From Bacteroidales bacterium (lineage in GTDB: Bacteria; Bacteroidota; Bacteroidia; Bacteroidales; UBA932), in assembly GCA_017395045.1 (NCBI GenBank), contig JAFPWG010000027.1:177637-241636 (forward strand): a stretch of DNA of 64,000 nt, read 5' to 3'. Numbering within the stretch: the stretch's first letter is position 1; every line of letters begins with the position of its first letter. The position numbers and the translations under genes were made by a program. Shown here one piece after another: positions 9,475 to 18,894 of the stretch. The notes under the pieces are model-generated. The model was not told where the DNA came from. It worked only from the letters and a program-made list of their open reading frames with translations, and searched no databases.

Positions 9475-9645
9475 CTAGAAAAAGAAGAAATAATAGGCGG
9501 CCCAGACCATCGGAATGCCGCCTGCGTGCCCGATGACGCGGTAGCTGGAATCCTGAATCCGCTGGGCATGGGCCGGAGAATAAAGCGCCAGGGAAAGGGC
9601 AAGGACAAAGAAAAGGGTCATGAATCGTCTCATGACCCTTTTCAT
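9475..9645 (-). CDS. possible 56-aa secreted/membrane peptide (below the ORF-track size cut-off)
   Basis: My own translation: MKRVMRRFMTLFFVLALSLALYSPAHAQRIQDSSYRVIGHAGGIPMVWAAYYFFFF. Textbook n/h/c signal peptide with AHA-Q. However, the first codons lie inside the gap terminator hairpin. Confidence 0.25.
   Translation of the reverse strand: MKRVMRRFMTLFFVLALSLALYSPAHAQRIQDSSYRVIGHAGGIPMVWAAYYFFFF
9610..9643 (-). terminator. intrinsic terminator downstream of gap
   Basis: GAAAAGGGTCATGA-N6-TCATGACCCTTTTC, a 14-bp perfect stem. On the minus strand it is followed by a T-rich CTTTGTCCTT. It lies 29 nt after the gap stop. Confidence 0.65.
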
Positions 9646-9671
9646 GCAAAAAGCATGCTATGAAGCGATGC

Positions 9672-10691
<1,020 letters not shown>

Positions 10692-10805
10692 TTAAACGTA
10701 TTTCTAACCAGTCTGAAAGATTCATCTTTCTTGGACTCGCAAATTTACGAAAAAGTTTGGAGAATTCCGTATCTTTGCAAAGAGATTTTAAAGTTTTTTT
10801 ATAAT

Positions 10806-11654
10806 ATGGCTCCGATGAAGATACTGATCAGCAACGACGACGGTTACAAGGCAGGTGGCATCCACGCTCTGGCGCGGATCATGGCGGATTTCGGCGAGGT
10901 GACGGTCGTCGCTCCGAAGTATCATCAGAGTGCGATGTCCATGGCCGTTTCACTGGGCATGAAACGGTTGGCGCACAAGGCCCTTCCGGAGGAAGGTCCG
11001 GGTAATTGGCACTATCTGGATGCTACGCCGGCTTCCTGCGTGAAGTTCGGCCTGGAATACTTTTACGAGCACCGCAATCCCGACCTGGTGATCTGCGGAA
11101 TCAACCACGGTTCCAACGCGGCCACGGCCGCCAATTATTCCGCCACCATCGGTGCGACGGAAGAAGGCGCCCTGAACGGCTGCAAGGCCATCGGCGTCTC
11201 CCTCTGCAATTTCCGTCCGGATGCGGACTTTTCCCTGGTGGAACGGTATCTCCCCGGCATCCTGCACTTCCTGCTGGAGAACTGGCCGGAGGATAAGTAC
11301 GGCCTGCTATACAACATCAATTTCCCGGATGTCCCTGCGGACCGGCTCCAAGGCATCCGCTTTGCCCGGCAGGGCCGCGGGCACTGGGTGCGCGAGTTCC
11401 AGGAATGGGACGTGGAACGCCTCCAGGCCTACGAAGCGACCGGTTTCCATCTGCAGGAGAACCTGCCTCCGCTGGATGAAGGGGAGACCGGCTACATGAT
11501 GATCGGCGACTTCGTGGACGATGAGGACGGGGCGATGGATGCGGACCACGTGCTGATCGAATCCAACTGGATCACCATTGTCCCGAATACCATCGACCGG
11601 ACCGATTTCGTGGAACTGAAGCGCCTGCAGGGTCTGCAGGGGACAGCCCTATGA
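10806..11654 (+). CDS. surE: 5'/3'-nucleotidase SurE
   Basis: MAPMKILISNDDGYKAGGI..., GINHGSNA. The ORF-track entry 9660-11654 has a spurious N-terminal extension antisense to gap. TATCTTTG -7 box at 10770-10777. The ATG at 10815 is also possible. Confidence 0.9.
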   Translation: MAPMKILISNDDGYKAGGIHALARIMADFGEVTVVAPKYHQSAMSMAVSLGMKRLAHKALPEEGPGNWHYLDATPASCVKFGLEYFYEHRNPDLVICGINHGSNAATAANYSATIGATEEGALNGCKAIGVSLCNFRPDADFSLVERYLPGILHFLLENWPEDKYGLLYNINFPDVPADRLQGIRFARQGRGHWVREFQEWDVERLQAYEATGFHLQENLPPLDEGETGYMMIGDFVDDEDGAMDADHVLIESNWITIVPNTIDRTDFVELKRLQGLQGTAL

Positions 11655-12808
11655 AATACTATATTGTAGCCGGAGAAGCTTCCGGGGACCTGCACGGTTC
11701 CAACCTGATGCGCGGCCTGTATGAGCGCGATCCGGAAGCGGACATCCGGTTCTGGGGCGGCGGACTGATGGACGCGGCATACAAGGAAAACCAGCAGGGA
11801 AACGGTCTGGTCCGGGATTACAGGGAAGGGGCCGTCCTGGGCATCTGGGAAGTGCTCGTCCAGGCGCGGAAACTGCTCCGGAGGGTCCGTGATTGCGAGG
11901 AGGACATCACCGCCTGGAAGCCTGACGTGGTCATCCTCATCGACTATCCCGGTTTCAATTTCCGGATCGCCGAATTCGCCCATAAGGCCGGATTCAAGGT
12001 TTTCTGGTACATCGCTCCGAAGGTATGGGCGTCCCGAGAAGGCCGCATCAGGAAGTTGAAGGCTTTCGTGGACAAGCTCTTCATCGTCTTCCCTTTCGAA
12101 ATCGATTATTTCAGGCGAAAGGAGGTCGATTTCATTTACCGCGGGAATCCGCTGGTGGATGCCGTGGACCGTTCCGAAGCCCTGCATGAGACGCGCGAGG
12201 CGTTCCTGGAGCGTCACGGTCTTTCCGACCGGCCCGTCATCGCCCTCCTCGCCGGCTCGCGCAGCGGGGAGATCAAGACGATGATGCCCACTTTCATGGC
12301 GATGGCAGCCCGTCTGCACGAGATGCCGGAATACGCCGGCTATCAGTTCCTGATCGCCGCCGCACCCGGACGTACGCGGGAGGATTACGATCTGGCAGGG
12401 AATGATGGGTTCGTGCACGTCGTCTTTGGCGACACCTACGGCGTACTTCGCCAGGCCCGCGCCGCCGTTATCAATTCCGGCACTGCTTCGCTTGAGGCGG
12501 CCCTCATCGGCACGCCTCAGGTCGTGGCCTACCGGACCTCTGCCCTGACCGCTCTCGTAGCACGGATCATCCTTAAAATCAAATATGTGAGCCTGGCAAA
12601 CCTGATTCTGGACCGGGCTGCTTTCCGGGAGCTTCTGCAGGAAAGCTTCACCTCCGACCGTCTTACTGCAGAAGTCCGCCGCCTTCTCGAAGACACGGAC
12701 TGCCGGACCCGGATGCTTGCCGATTACACCGAAGTCCGGGAACTCCTTGGCGGAACCGGTGCTTCCGAAGCCGTTGCGGAAGCGATGATATCGGAACTGA
12801 AAAAATAA
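11651..12808 (+). CDS. lpxB: lipid-A-disaccharide synthase
   Basis: MKYYIVAGEASGDLHGSNLM..., full-length LpxB-like. ATGA overlap with the surE stop. Confidence 0.9.
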   Translation: MKYYIVAGEASGDLHGSNLMRGLYERDPEADIRFWGGGLMDAAYKENQQGNGLVRDYREGAVLGIWEVLVQARKLLRRVRDCEEDITAWKPDVVILIDYPGFNFRIAEFAHKAGFKVFWYIAPKVWASREGRIRKLKAFVDKLFIVFPFEIDYFRRKEVDFIYRGNPLVDAVDRSEALHETREAFLERHGLSDRPVIALLAGSRSGEIKTMMPTFMAMAARLHEMPEYAGYQFLIAAAPGRTREDYDLAGNDGFVHVVFGDTYGVLRQARAAVINSGTASLEAALIGTPQVVAYRTSALTALVARIILKIKYVSLANLILDRAAFRELLQESFTSDRLTAEVRRLLEDTDCRTRMLADYTEVRELLGGTGASEAVAEAMISELKK

Positions 12809-12859
12809 TAGCTTCAATTGTGCAAGATTTTTGCAGGATGTAGATTTAAAGTGCAGATT

Positions 12860-13105
12860 ATGAAAAAGGACCGTATCAGATTGATGTTCGCGATCGGGCT
12901 TTTGGGCCTGCTGGGGTTTTCTTCCTGCAGCCCCCGGCTCCGGCCGCGCCGGACGGAAAATCCGGTGGATACACTCAAGGTGCATCTGCCCGACACGGTC
13001 ATTTTCAGGCAGAATCCGGATGCGCCCATCAAACTGATGTACGGGGTCCCGCCGACACGTTTCGAGAAGATGGAAGCGCCGGAAAAACAATTGAAAACGG
13101 AATAG
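12860..13105 (+). CDS. small lipoprotein, truncated paralogue of the next gene
   Basis: MKKDRIRLMFAIGLLGLLGFSSC lipobox. Shares the leader and a YGVPPTRF motif with the downstream lipoprotein (YGCPNADF). Start taken at an internal ATG of ORF 12818-13105. Confidence 0.55.
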   Translation: MKKDRIRLMFAIGLLGLLGFSSCSPRLRPRRTENPVDTLKVHLPDTVIFRQNPDAPIKLMYGVPPTRFEKMEAPEKQLKTE

Positions 13106-13107
13106 CG

Positions 13108-13587
13108 ATGAAAACTGCACTTGGAAAGGGATGGAAATGGATCCTGGGCCTTTTAATGGGCCTTCTGGGATTTACCGGATGTGGAAAACTTGGCATCTTC
13201 AGGGCGGAGTACGGATGCCCCAATGCCGACTTCAAACTGGTCGGTGAGGTAAAGGATGCGAAGGGCAAGGGAATCGAAGGGATTCGCGTCGTGTTCACGC
13301 CAAACCCTGAAGTTCCGCAAGAGCAACAGGAATGGGAGAGCGACACTCTCTATTCCGACGCCCGGGGTCATTTCGAGAAAGAACGCCTGAAATACAATTG
13401 GCCTGACAGGGCAGAGAAGGCCACCGTCAAGTTCGAAGATGTCGATGGCAGCGCCCACGGTTCGTTCCAGACGAAGATTCTCAAAGGTTCAGAATTGACC
13501 GTCGAGCAGACAAAGAAAGGCGACAAGAATTGGTACTCCGGTGAATACACCATTCAGGCCGATGCCGTGTTGGAAGAAGACGACTGA
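13108..13587 (+). CDS. radical-SAM-associated putative lipoprotein
   Basis: Lipobox LLMGLLGFTGC. The mature part starts GKLGIFRAEYGCPNADFKLVGEVKDAKGKGIEGIRVVF (CarboxypepD_reg-like beta-sandwich start). Stop overlaps the rSAM start (TGATG). Confidence 0.7.
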   Translation: MKTALGKGWKWILGLLMGLLGFTGCGKLGIFRAEYGCPNADFKLVGEVKDAKGKGIEGIRVVFTPNPEVPQEQQEWESDTLYSDARGHFEKERLKYNWPDRAEKATVKFEDVDGSAHGSFQTKILKGSELTVEQTKKGDKNWYSGEYTIQADAVLEEDD

Positions 13588-14657
13588 TGAAAGAAAGACT
13601 TTCGCTCAGGCGCCGTATCGCGCTGGATATCACGAAGAAGCTGCAGGATGATGTGATCGCATCACATCCGCTCCGGCAGCTTTTTTGGGAGTGCACCCTG
13701 CGCTGCAACCACCACTGCCGCCACTGCGGCAGTGACTGCAAGCAGACGGCCTCGGTGCCCGATATGCCCCTGGCGGATTTCGCCAAGGTTCTGGACAGCG
13801 TGCGTGCCGCGACGGACCCGCACAAGGTCATGATCAACGTCACCGGCGGCGAGCCGCTGATGCGTCCCGACCTGGAAGCCTGCGGCCGGATGATGTATGA
13901 AAAGGAGTTCCCTTGGGGCATGGTCACGAACGGCTGGGGCCTCACGCCGGAGCGCTATCGGCGCCTCCTGCAGAGCGGTCTCCGCGCGATGACCATCAGC
14001 CTGGACGGCCTGGAGGCGGACCACGACTGGATGCGCGGAGTCCCCGGCTCCTTCAAGCGCGCCTCCGCCGCTATCAAGATGGTTGTAGACTCGGGTGAAA
14101 TCGCATTCGATGTCGTCACCTGTGTGAACCGGCGCAATTTCCCGCACCTGAATGAACTGAAGGAATACCTCATCGGCCTGGGCCTCAAGGAATGGCGTTT
14201 GTTTACGGTTTTCCCGGTCGGACGCGCCGCGCAGGACCCTGAACTGCAGCTTACCGGCGAGGAACTCCGCGGCCTGATGGAATTTATCAAGGCTACCCGG
14301 AAAGAGGGCCGTATCCGGGCGGAATTCGCCTGTGAAGGCTTCCTGGGCAACTACGAAGGCGATGTCCGCGACCATTTCTACATGTGCCAGGCCGGTGTCA
14401 ATGTGGGCTCCGTCCTCGCCGACGGCTCCATCTCGGCCTGCGCCAGCATCCGTGCGGACTACCATCAGGGCAATATCTACGAGGACGACTTCATGGAAGT
14501 CTGGAACACCCGATTCCAGCCCTACCGCGACCGCTCCTGGATGTACAAGGACGACTGCGCCGCCTGCCGCTTCTGGAAGTATTGCCGAGGCAACGGAATG
14601 CACCTTCGGGATGAAAACGGCAAGCTGATCCAATGCCTGTTGAACAAGATGAAATGA
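13587..14657 (+). CDS. radical SAM/SPASM-domain protein
   Basis: CNHHCRHC (CX3CX2C), GGEPLMRPD, C-terminal Cys-rich auxiliary-cluster region (CQAG...SACASI...CAACRFWKYC). Confidence 0.85.
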   Translation: MKERLSLRRRIALDITKKLQDDVIASHPLRQLFWECTLRCNHHCRHCGSDCKQTASVPDMPLADFAKVLDSVRAATDPHKVMINVTGGEPLMRPDLEACGRMMYEKEFPWGMVTNGWGLTPERYRRLLQSGLRAMTISLDGLEADHDWMRGVPGSFKRASAAIKMVVDSGEIAFDVVTCVNRRNFPHLNELKEYLIGLGLKEWRLFTVFPVGRAAQDPELQLTGEELRGLMEFIKATRKEGRIRAEFACEGFLGNYEGDVRDHFYMCQAGVNVGSVLADGSISACASIRADYHQGNIYEDDFMEVWNTRFQPYRDRSWMYKDDCAACRFWKYCRGNGMHLRDENGKLIQCLLNKMK

Positions 14658-14686
14658 AAACAGCCCGCCGAAGCGGGCTGTTTCAG

Positions 14687-17425
14687 TTATTCAGCGTTCT
14701 CGTATCCAAAGTAGTAGTCCTTCTTCATCGTCGGGATGCCGTCGCGCATCCAGGCGGGTTCCGGGGCGCCCTTCAGATAGTGGTCGAAGAACTGCTGTAA
14801 CCTGATGCTCAAGTCCTTGCGGTTGCGTCGTTCACGCAGGTTATGGGCCTCGTCGTTGTATTCCAGCAGCCAGGCCGGCTTGCCCAGGCGGCGCAGGCCC
14901 ATGAACATCTCGATGCCCTGGTACCACGGAACGGCGCCGTCGTTGTCGTTGTGCATGATCAGAACCGGCGTCTGCACGTTCGGGAGCCGGAAGAGGGGAG
15001 AGTTCTCCATATAGAGTTCCAGACCGTTCCAGAGGTCACGGCCGATGCGGGACTGCGTCTGCTCGTACTGGAACTGGCGGCTCATGCCGGACTCCCAGCG
15101 GATGCCGCCGTAGGCCGATGTCATGTTGGACACGGGCGCGCCCGCGCCAGCCGCCTTGAACAGGTTCGTGCGGGTGATGAGGTACGCGACCTCGTATCCG
15201 CCCCAGCTCTGGCCCTGGATGGCCATGTTCTCCCTGTCGATCCAAGGGAACTTTGTGAGGGATTCCACACCGCTTACGATGCAGTTGTAGGCCGACTGTC
15301 CCGGCGTGCCCGGCGTATAGACGATATCCGGTACGAAGACCACGTAACCTCTTGATGTATAGAAAGTAAGGTTAACGGTGGACCAACTCGGCTGCGGGGG
15401 AATATTCCTGTACAGTGTTTCGGAACTGGTCTCGTAGAAATATGTCATCAGGGGATATTTTTTCGAGGCGTCGAAGTCCTCGGGCTTATAAAGGATTCCA
15501 TCCAGGCGTTTCCCGTCATAGGTTGTCCAATGGTACAGTTCCGCCGTGCCCCAGTTATAGTCCGCCTGCTGGGGATTGATGGCCGTGAGTTTTGCGGTGT
15601 TCTTCCCGAAATCGGTGCAGTACAGGTCCATCGGTTCCTGGAAGTTGCCCTTCAAATAGGTGAAGACAGGAGCGTCCTTCGCTTTCCTGAGAACGTCAAA
15701 GGTGTACCCGCCGAAAGCCAATGTCTTGAAATTCAGTTTCTTCGCCTTTACCTGGCAAGAGGCGAGCCCGTTCTCCTTTGTAATCTCGTCGAAGACGCTC
15801 AGGTAGATGGTTTCGCCCGGAGCGATGCCCGGTTCCTCTTCGCTGTCTTTCGTGCTGATGTACCGGTAGGTCCGTTTCTGCTCCCGGCCCTGGGTCAGAC
15901 GGGTTGCCTCCCCGTCGGAAAGCCGGATCATCCAGAGGTCATAACGGTCGTTCAGGATGACGTCCTCATCGTCTTTCGTCCAGGCTGCGACGCCGTAGGA
16001 TTCGGGCATCATCGGATGGTCGTCCTTCTCATCCCAGAAGACAGTGTCTGCCGCCAGGTCCAGAAAACGTTCGTTTCCGATGTCGTAGGCCTTCCAGCCG
16101 CGGGCGGGATAATCCCACCAGATGGCGTAGCGACCCTTCGGAGAAAGCTGGGCGGAATCGAAGGCACCGCGGGCGATTTCCTGCCGGCGCCCGGAGCCCG
16201 GGAAGATGATGGTAAGGATGGATTCTCCCTGCACATTCCATTGACTTTCAATGGGGTTTACAGGACTTACCTCCAGGATTGCTTCAGCATCGTAGTTGTC
16301 GGTGAAGATCAGACGGTCCGCCTTGCTGGTATTGAAGGGAATGAGGCCTTCGTCCTGATACAGGCAGGGATAGGTCCGACGCTTGTCGCGGGGTAGGCTC
16401 GCCTTCATCCCGGGCGGAATTTCCGCCGCGTTCCAATTCCAGATATCCAGTCCCGCCGTCTCAAAGGGAACGAGGCTGGTATCTTTGACGGGGACATACT
16501 CCTGGATGCCCGCATAAATGGAACCGAGCTTCTTGCTGAAGAAGTAGGTACTGTTCTCCGTAAGGCCCCAGTTCTCAGGCATATTGCGGCGCTGGTCGGC
16601 GGCAACGAGTTCCCAGGCTTCGTCCCGGATGATATCGTAAAGCCATAGGGCGGCGTGCTTGCTTCCGGTAGAGGCCGTATCCTTTGCCTGAAGGAAAAGG
16701 GCTTTCTCACCGTATTCGTCGAAGGTCGGGACGGCGTGGAAAGTGGCCGTATCGGCTATCATGCGGGTCTTTCCATCGGAATGGAAACCGACGACCGAGT
16801 GCTTTTTGTCCGTTTTGCGGATAAAGCCCAGCGTTTTCCCATCCTTGCTGAAGGCATACTTGTCCACATTCTTCAGGGTGTCCAGATGTCCGTCGGAGAA
16901 ATGATAAACGGCCAGGGGCGTTCCCATGTCCTTCTCGACCTTCTTTACGAAAGACGTGTCGATGGTTGCGAAGGCAAACCGGTCCACCGCATGCATCCCC
17001 ATTTGGAAGGACTTGACATTCGCGAACTTACGAATGTCACCCGTACGGAGGTCAATGACGGCGAGGGAATCCTGGGGCAGCTTGTCGCCCGTCAGTTTCC
17101 GGATCTTCGCACGGCGGGTCTTCTGGAATTCCGGCCTGATCAGGCAGACGGCATGGGAGTCGTCGTCCAGGATGCGGGCCTGGTATCCCCGGGGAATCTC
17201 GATGACACGGGCGTCCTTCCTTCCGGCGATGCGGAAATAAAGCGTCCCGTCACCCTCCTGCGGATTGACCATATAGGAGACGACGCGGCCGGAAGGGGAC
17301 AGGACGGTCCTGGAGACCGCCTGCCATCCGTCGTAGGCATCATGGTCGAGCGGCTTCTTCTGGGCTGGTGCCGGCATCGGAAGTGCCACCAGGGCGACAA
17401 ATAGCAAGAATCTTTTCATATTCAT
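14687..17425 (-). CDS. S9-family serine peptidase (prolyl oligopeptidase/DPP-like) with N-terminal beta-propeller
   Basis: GQSWGGY nucleophile elbow and a C-terminal alpha/beta-hydrolase fold. Signal peptide MNMKRFLLFVALVALPMPAPAQ. Start set at 17425 (ATGA overlap with the upstream stop), not the 17491 track start. Confidence 0.85.
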   Translation of the reverse strand: MNMKRFLLFVALVALPMPAPAQKKPLDHDAYDGWQAVSRTVLSPSGRVVSYMVNPQEGDGTLYFRIAGRKDARVIEIPRGYQARILDDDSHAVCLIRPEFQKTRRAKIRKLTGDKLPQDSLAVIDLRTGDIRKFANVKSFQMGMHAVDRFAFATIDTSFVKKVEKDMGTPLAVYHFSDGHLDTLKNVDKYAFSKDGKTLGFIRKTDKKHSVVGFHSDGKTRMIADTATFHAVPTFDEYGEKALFLQAKDTASTGSKHAALWLYDIIRDEAWELVAADQRRNMPENWGLTENSTYFFSKKLGSIYAGIQEYVPVKDTSLVPFETAGLDIWNWNAAEIPPGMKASLPRDKRRTYPCLYQDEGLIPFNTSKADRLIFTDNYDAEAILEVSPVNPIESQWNVQGESILTIIFPGSGRRQEIARGAFDSAQLSPKGRYAIWWDYPARGWKAYDIGNERFLDLAADTVFWDEKDDHPMMPESYGVAAWTKDDEDVILNDRYDLWMIRLSDGEATRLTQGREQKRTYRYISTKDSEEEPGIAPGETIYLSVFDEITKENGLASCQVKAKKLNFKTLAFGGYTFDVLRKAKDAPVFTYLKGNFQEPMDLYCTDFGKNTAKLTAINPQQADYNWGTAELYHWTTYDGKRLDGILYKPEDFDASKKYPLMTYFYETSSETLYRNIPPQPSWSTVNLTFYTSRGYVVFVPDIVYTPGTPGQSAYNCIVSGVESLTKFPWIDRENMAIQGQSWGGYEVAYLITRTNLFKAAGAGAPVSNMTSAYGGIRWESGMSRQFQYEQTQSRIGRDLWNGLELYMENSPLFRLPNVQTPVLIMHNDNDGAVPWYQGIEMFMGLRRLGKPAWLLEYNDEAHNLRERRNRKDLSIRLQQFFDHYLKGAPEPAWMRDGIPTMKKDYYFGYENAE

Positions 17426-18222
17426 TGGATTACGGATAAATCGACATAACCTGGAGCACCGTAGAGGACGGCCTTGTCCGTGAATTGCCACATTGTCCAG
17501 GGCTGGAATCGGGGCGGCTGCTCGTTATAGCGGGCGATCCACATCGGATAGTGACCGGTGATTTCCGACGAGAGGATATCCCGTGCGAAACTGTCGGACG
17601 TGTACACGATCGGGGTTCGTCCATAGTGCTTCTCAACGGTTTTCAGCCATAGAAGGACCTTCCGGTTGAGTTCCTCCCGGGTGCATCCGGAATGCATGGT
17701 TTCAACGTCCAGGATGGGTGGAAGGTCACTGTGACGCAGGCGGACGTGGCCGATGTAATGCTCAGCCTGCTTTATGGGATCCTTCGAGGAGCGGAAGAAA
17801 TGGTAGGCTCCCCGGGCGAAAGGATGTGAACCGGCATCCTCCCAATGGGCTTCGAACCGGTTGTCGGACATCCTTTCTCCTTCCGTCGCCTTGATGATGA
17901 CGCGGGTGACGGGAAAGATCCTTTTTGCGTGGAGCAGGTCTTTTGTGGTAGTGCCCCTGCCATCCACCATGACCAGCAGGGAATCCCATACGATCCCTTC
18001 GTTGTAGTGGGAGATGTCCAGGCAGAATTCCTTGGCTCCGTCAGGAATCCTTGCGCCGGAAGTCGCGAACCGCCCGCTTCGGTAGTATGGGTAACAGACC
18101 AGGCAGACCAGGACGAGCAATCCCGCGGCAACCATCCACGGCTGGACCTTCCAGCGCTTCATTTTTTTGCGCCGGACAGGCTTCCGAGTGGCCTTTCTGA
18201 CTATTAACTTTTTTGTTACCAC
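17422..18222 (-). CDS. glycoside hydrolase family 25 muramidase (lysozyme), membrane-anchored
   Basis: CLDISHYNEGIVWDS..., VIIKATEG, GAYHFF, PILDVE, MWIARY are GH25 blocks. Basic N-terminus plus one TM (WMVAAGLLVLVCLVCY). Confidence 0.8.
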   Translation of the reverse strand: MVTKKLIVRKATRKPVRRKKMKRWKVQPWMVAAGLLVLVCLVCYPYYRSGRFATSGARIPDGAKEFCLDISHYNEGIVWDSLLVMVDGRGTTTKDLLHAKRIFPVTRVIIKATEGERMSDNRFEAHWEDAGSHPFARGAYHFFRSSKDPIKQAEHYIGHVRLRHSDLPPILDVETMHSGCTREELNRKVLLWLKTVEKHYGRTPIVYTSDSFARDILSSEITGHYPMWIARYNEQPPRFQPWTMWQFTDKAVLYGAPGYVDLSVIQ

Positions 18223-18284
18223 TTAAAACTATTTAGTTTTATATCCTTATTTACAATGATTTTAATAAATATAGCGCAAATCCT

Positions 18285-18314
18285 GTCATTTCAACTCAAA
18301 AATGACTATCTTTG
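18285..18314 (+). promoter_or_regulatory. rubrerythrin promoter -7 box with an abutting inverted-repeat operator candidate
   Basis: GTCATTT-N8-AAATGAC (18285-18306) directly abuts TATCTTTG (18307-18314), 41 nt upstream of the rbr ATG. Confidence 0.45.
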
Positions 18315-18354
18315 TACTCACTGATACAAATATACAAACAATAAACTGAATCCG

Positions 18355-18894
18355 ATGGAACTGAAAGGAACAAAAACCGAGGCGAATCTGAAGACTGCGT
18401 TTGCCGGTGAGTCACAGGCTCACACCAAGTATCTCTATTATGCTTCCAAGGCGAAGAAAGACGGCTATGTCCAGATCGGAAACCTCTTCGAGGAAACTGC
18501 CAGGAACGAGAAAGAGCATGCCAAGATCTGGTTCAAGCTGCTGCACGGCGGGGAAGTCCCCGGAACGGAAGTGAACCTTGCCGACGCCGCCGACGGCGAG
18601 AACTACGAATGGACCGACATGTATGCCGAATTCGCCAAGGTGGCGAAGGAAGAAGGCTTTGCCGACATCGCTTTCCTGTTCGAGAAAGTGGGCGCCATCG
18701 AGAAAACCCACGAAGAGCGCTACCGCAAGCTTCTGGGCAACATCAAGGAAGGCGTCGTTTTCTCCCGCGAAGATGACATGATCTGGGAATGCTCGAACTG
18801 CGGCCACATCGTGGTCGGCAAGAAGGCTCCGGAACTGTGCCCGGTGTGCAAGCACCCGAAGAGCTACTTCATGCTTCGCGCCGACAACTATTGA
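18355..18894 (+). CDS. rbr: rubrerythrin
   Basis: Ferritin-like diiron N-domain ([24 protein letters not shown]) plus a C-terminal rubredoxin CxxC...CxxC (CSNCGH...CPVCKH). Confidence 0.95.
   Translation: MELKGTKTEANLKTAFAGESQAHTKYLYYASKAKKDGYVQIGNLFEETARNEKEHAKIWFKLLHGGEVPGTEVNLADAADGENYEWTDMYAEFAKVAKEEGFADIAFLFEKVGAIEKTHEERYRKLLGNIKEGVVFSREDDMIWECSNCGHIVVGKKAPELCPVCKHPKSYFMLRADNY

Noticed and set aside
11492-13120. Long antisense ORFs: this 542-aa one, and similar ones at 23578-25422 (614 aa), 26749-28236 (495 aa), 31211-32560 (449 aa), 36187-37947 (586 aa), 40794-42083 (429 aa), 46441-47613 (390 aa), 47636-48781 (381 aa), 53675-54922 (415 aa) and 903-1961 (352 aa).
   Set aside because: Each lies opposite a gene with a confident family assignment. 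They lack starts in good context, signal or motif content and Bacteroidetes promoter boxes. Such mirror ORFs are expected in GC-rich coding DNA.
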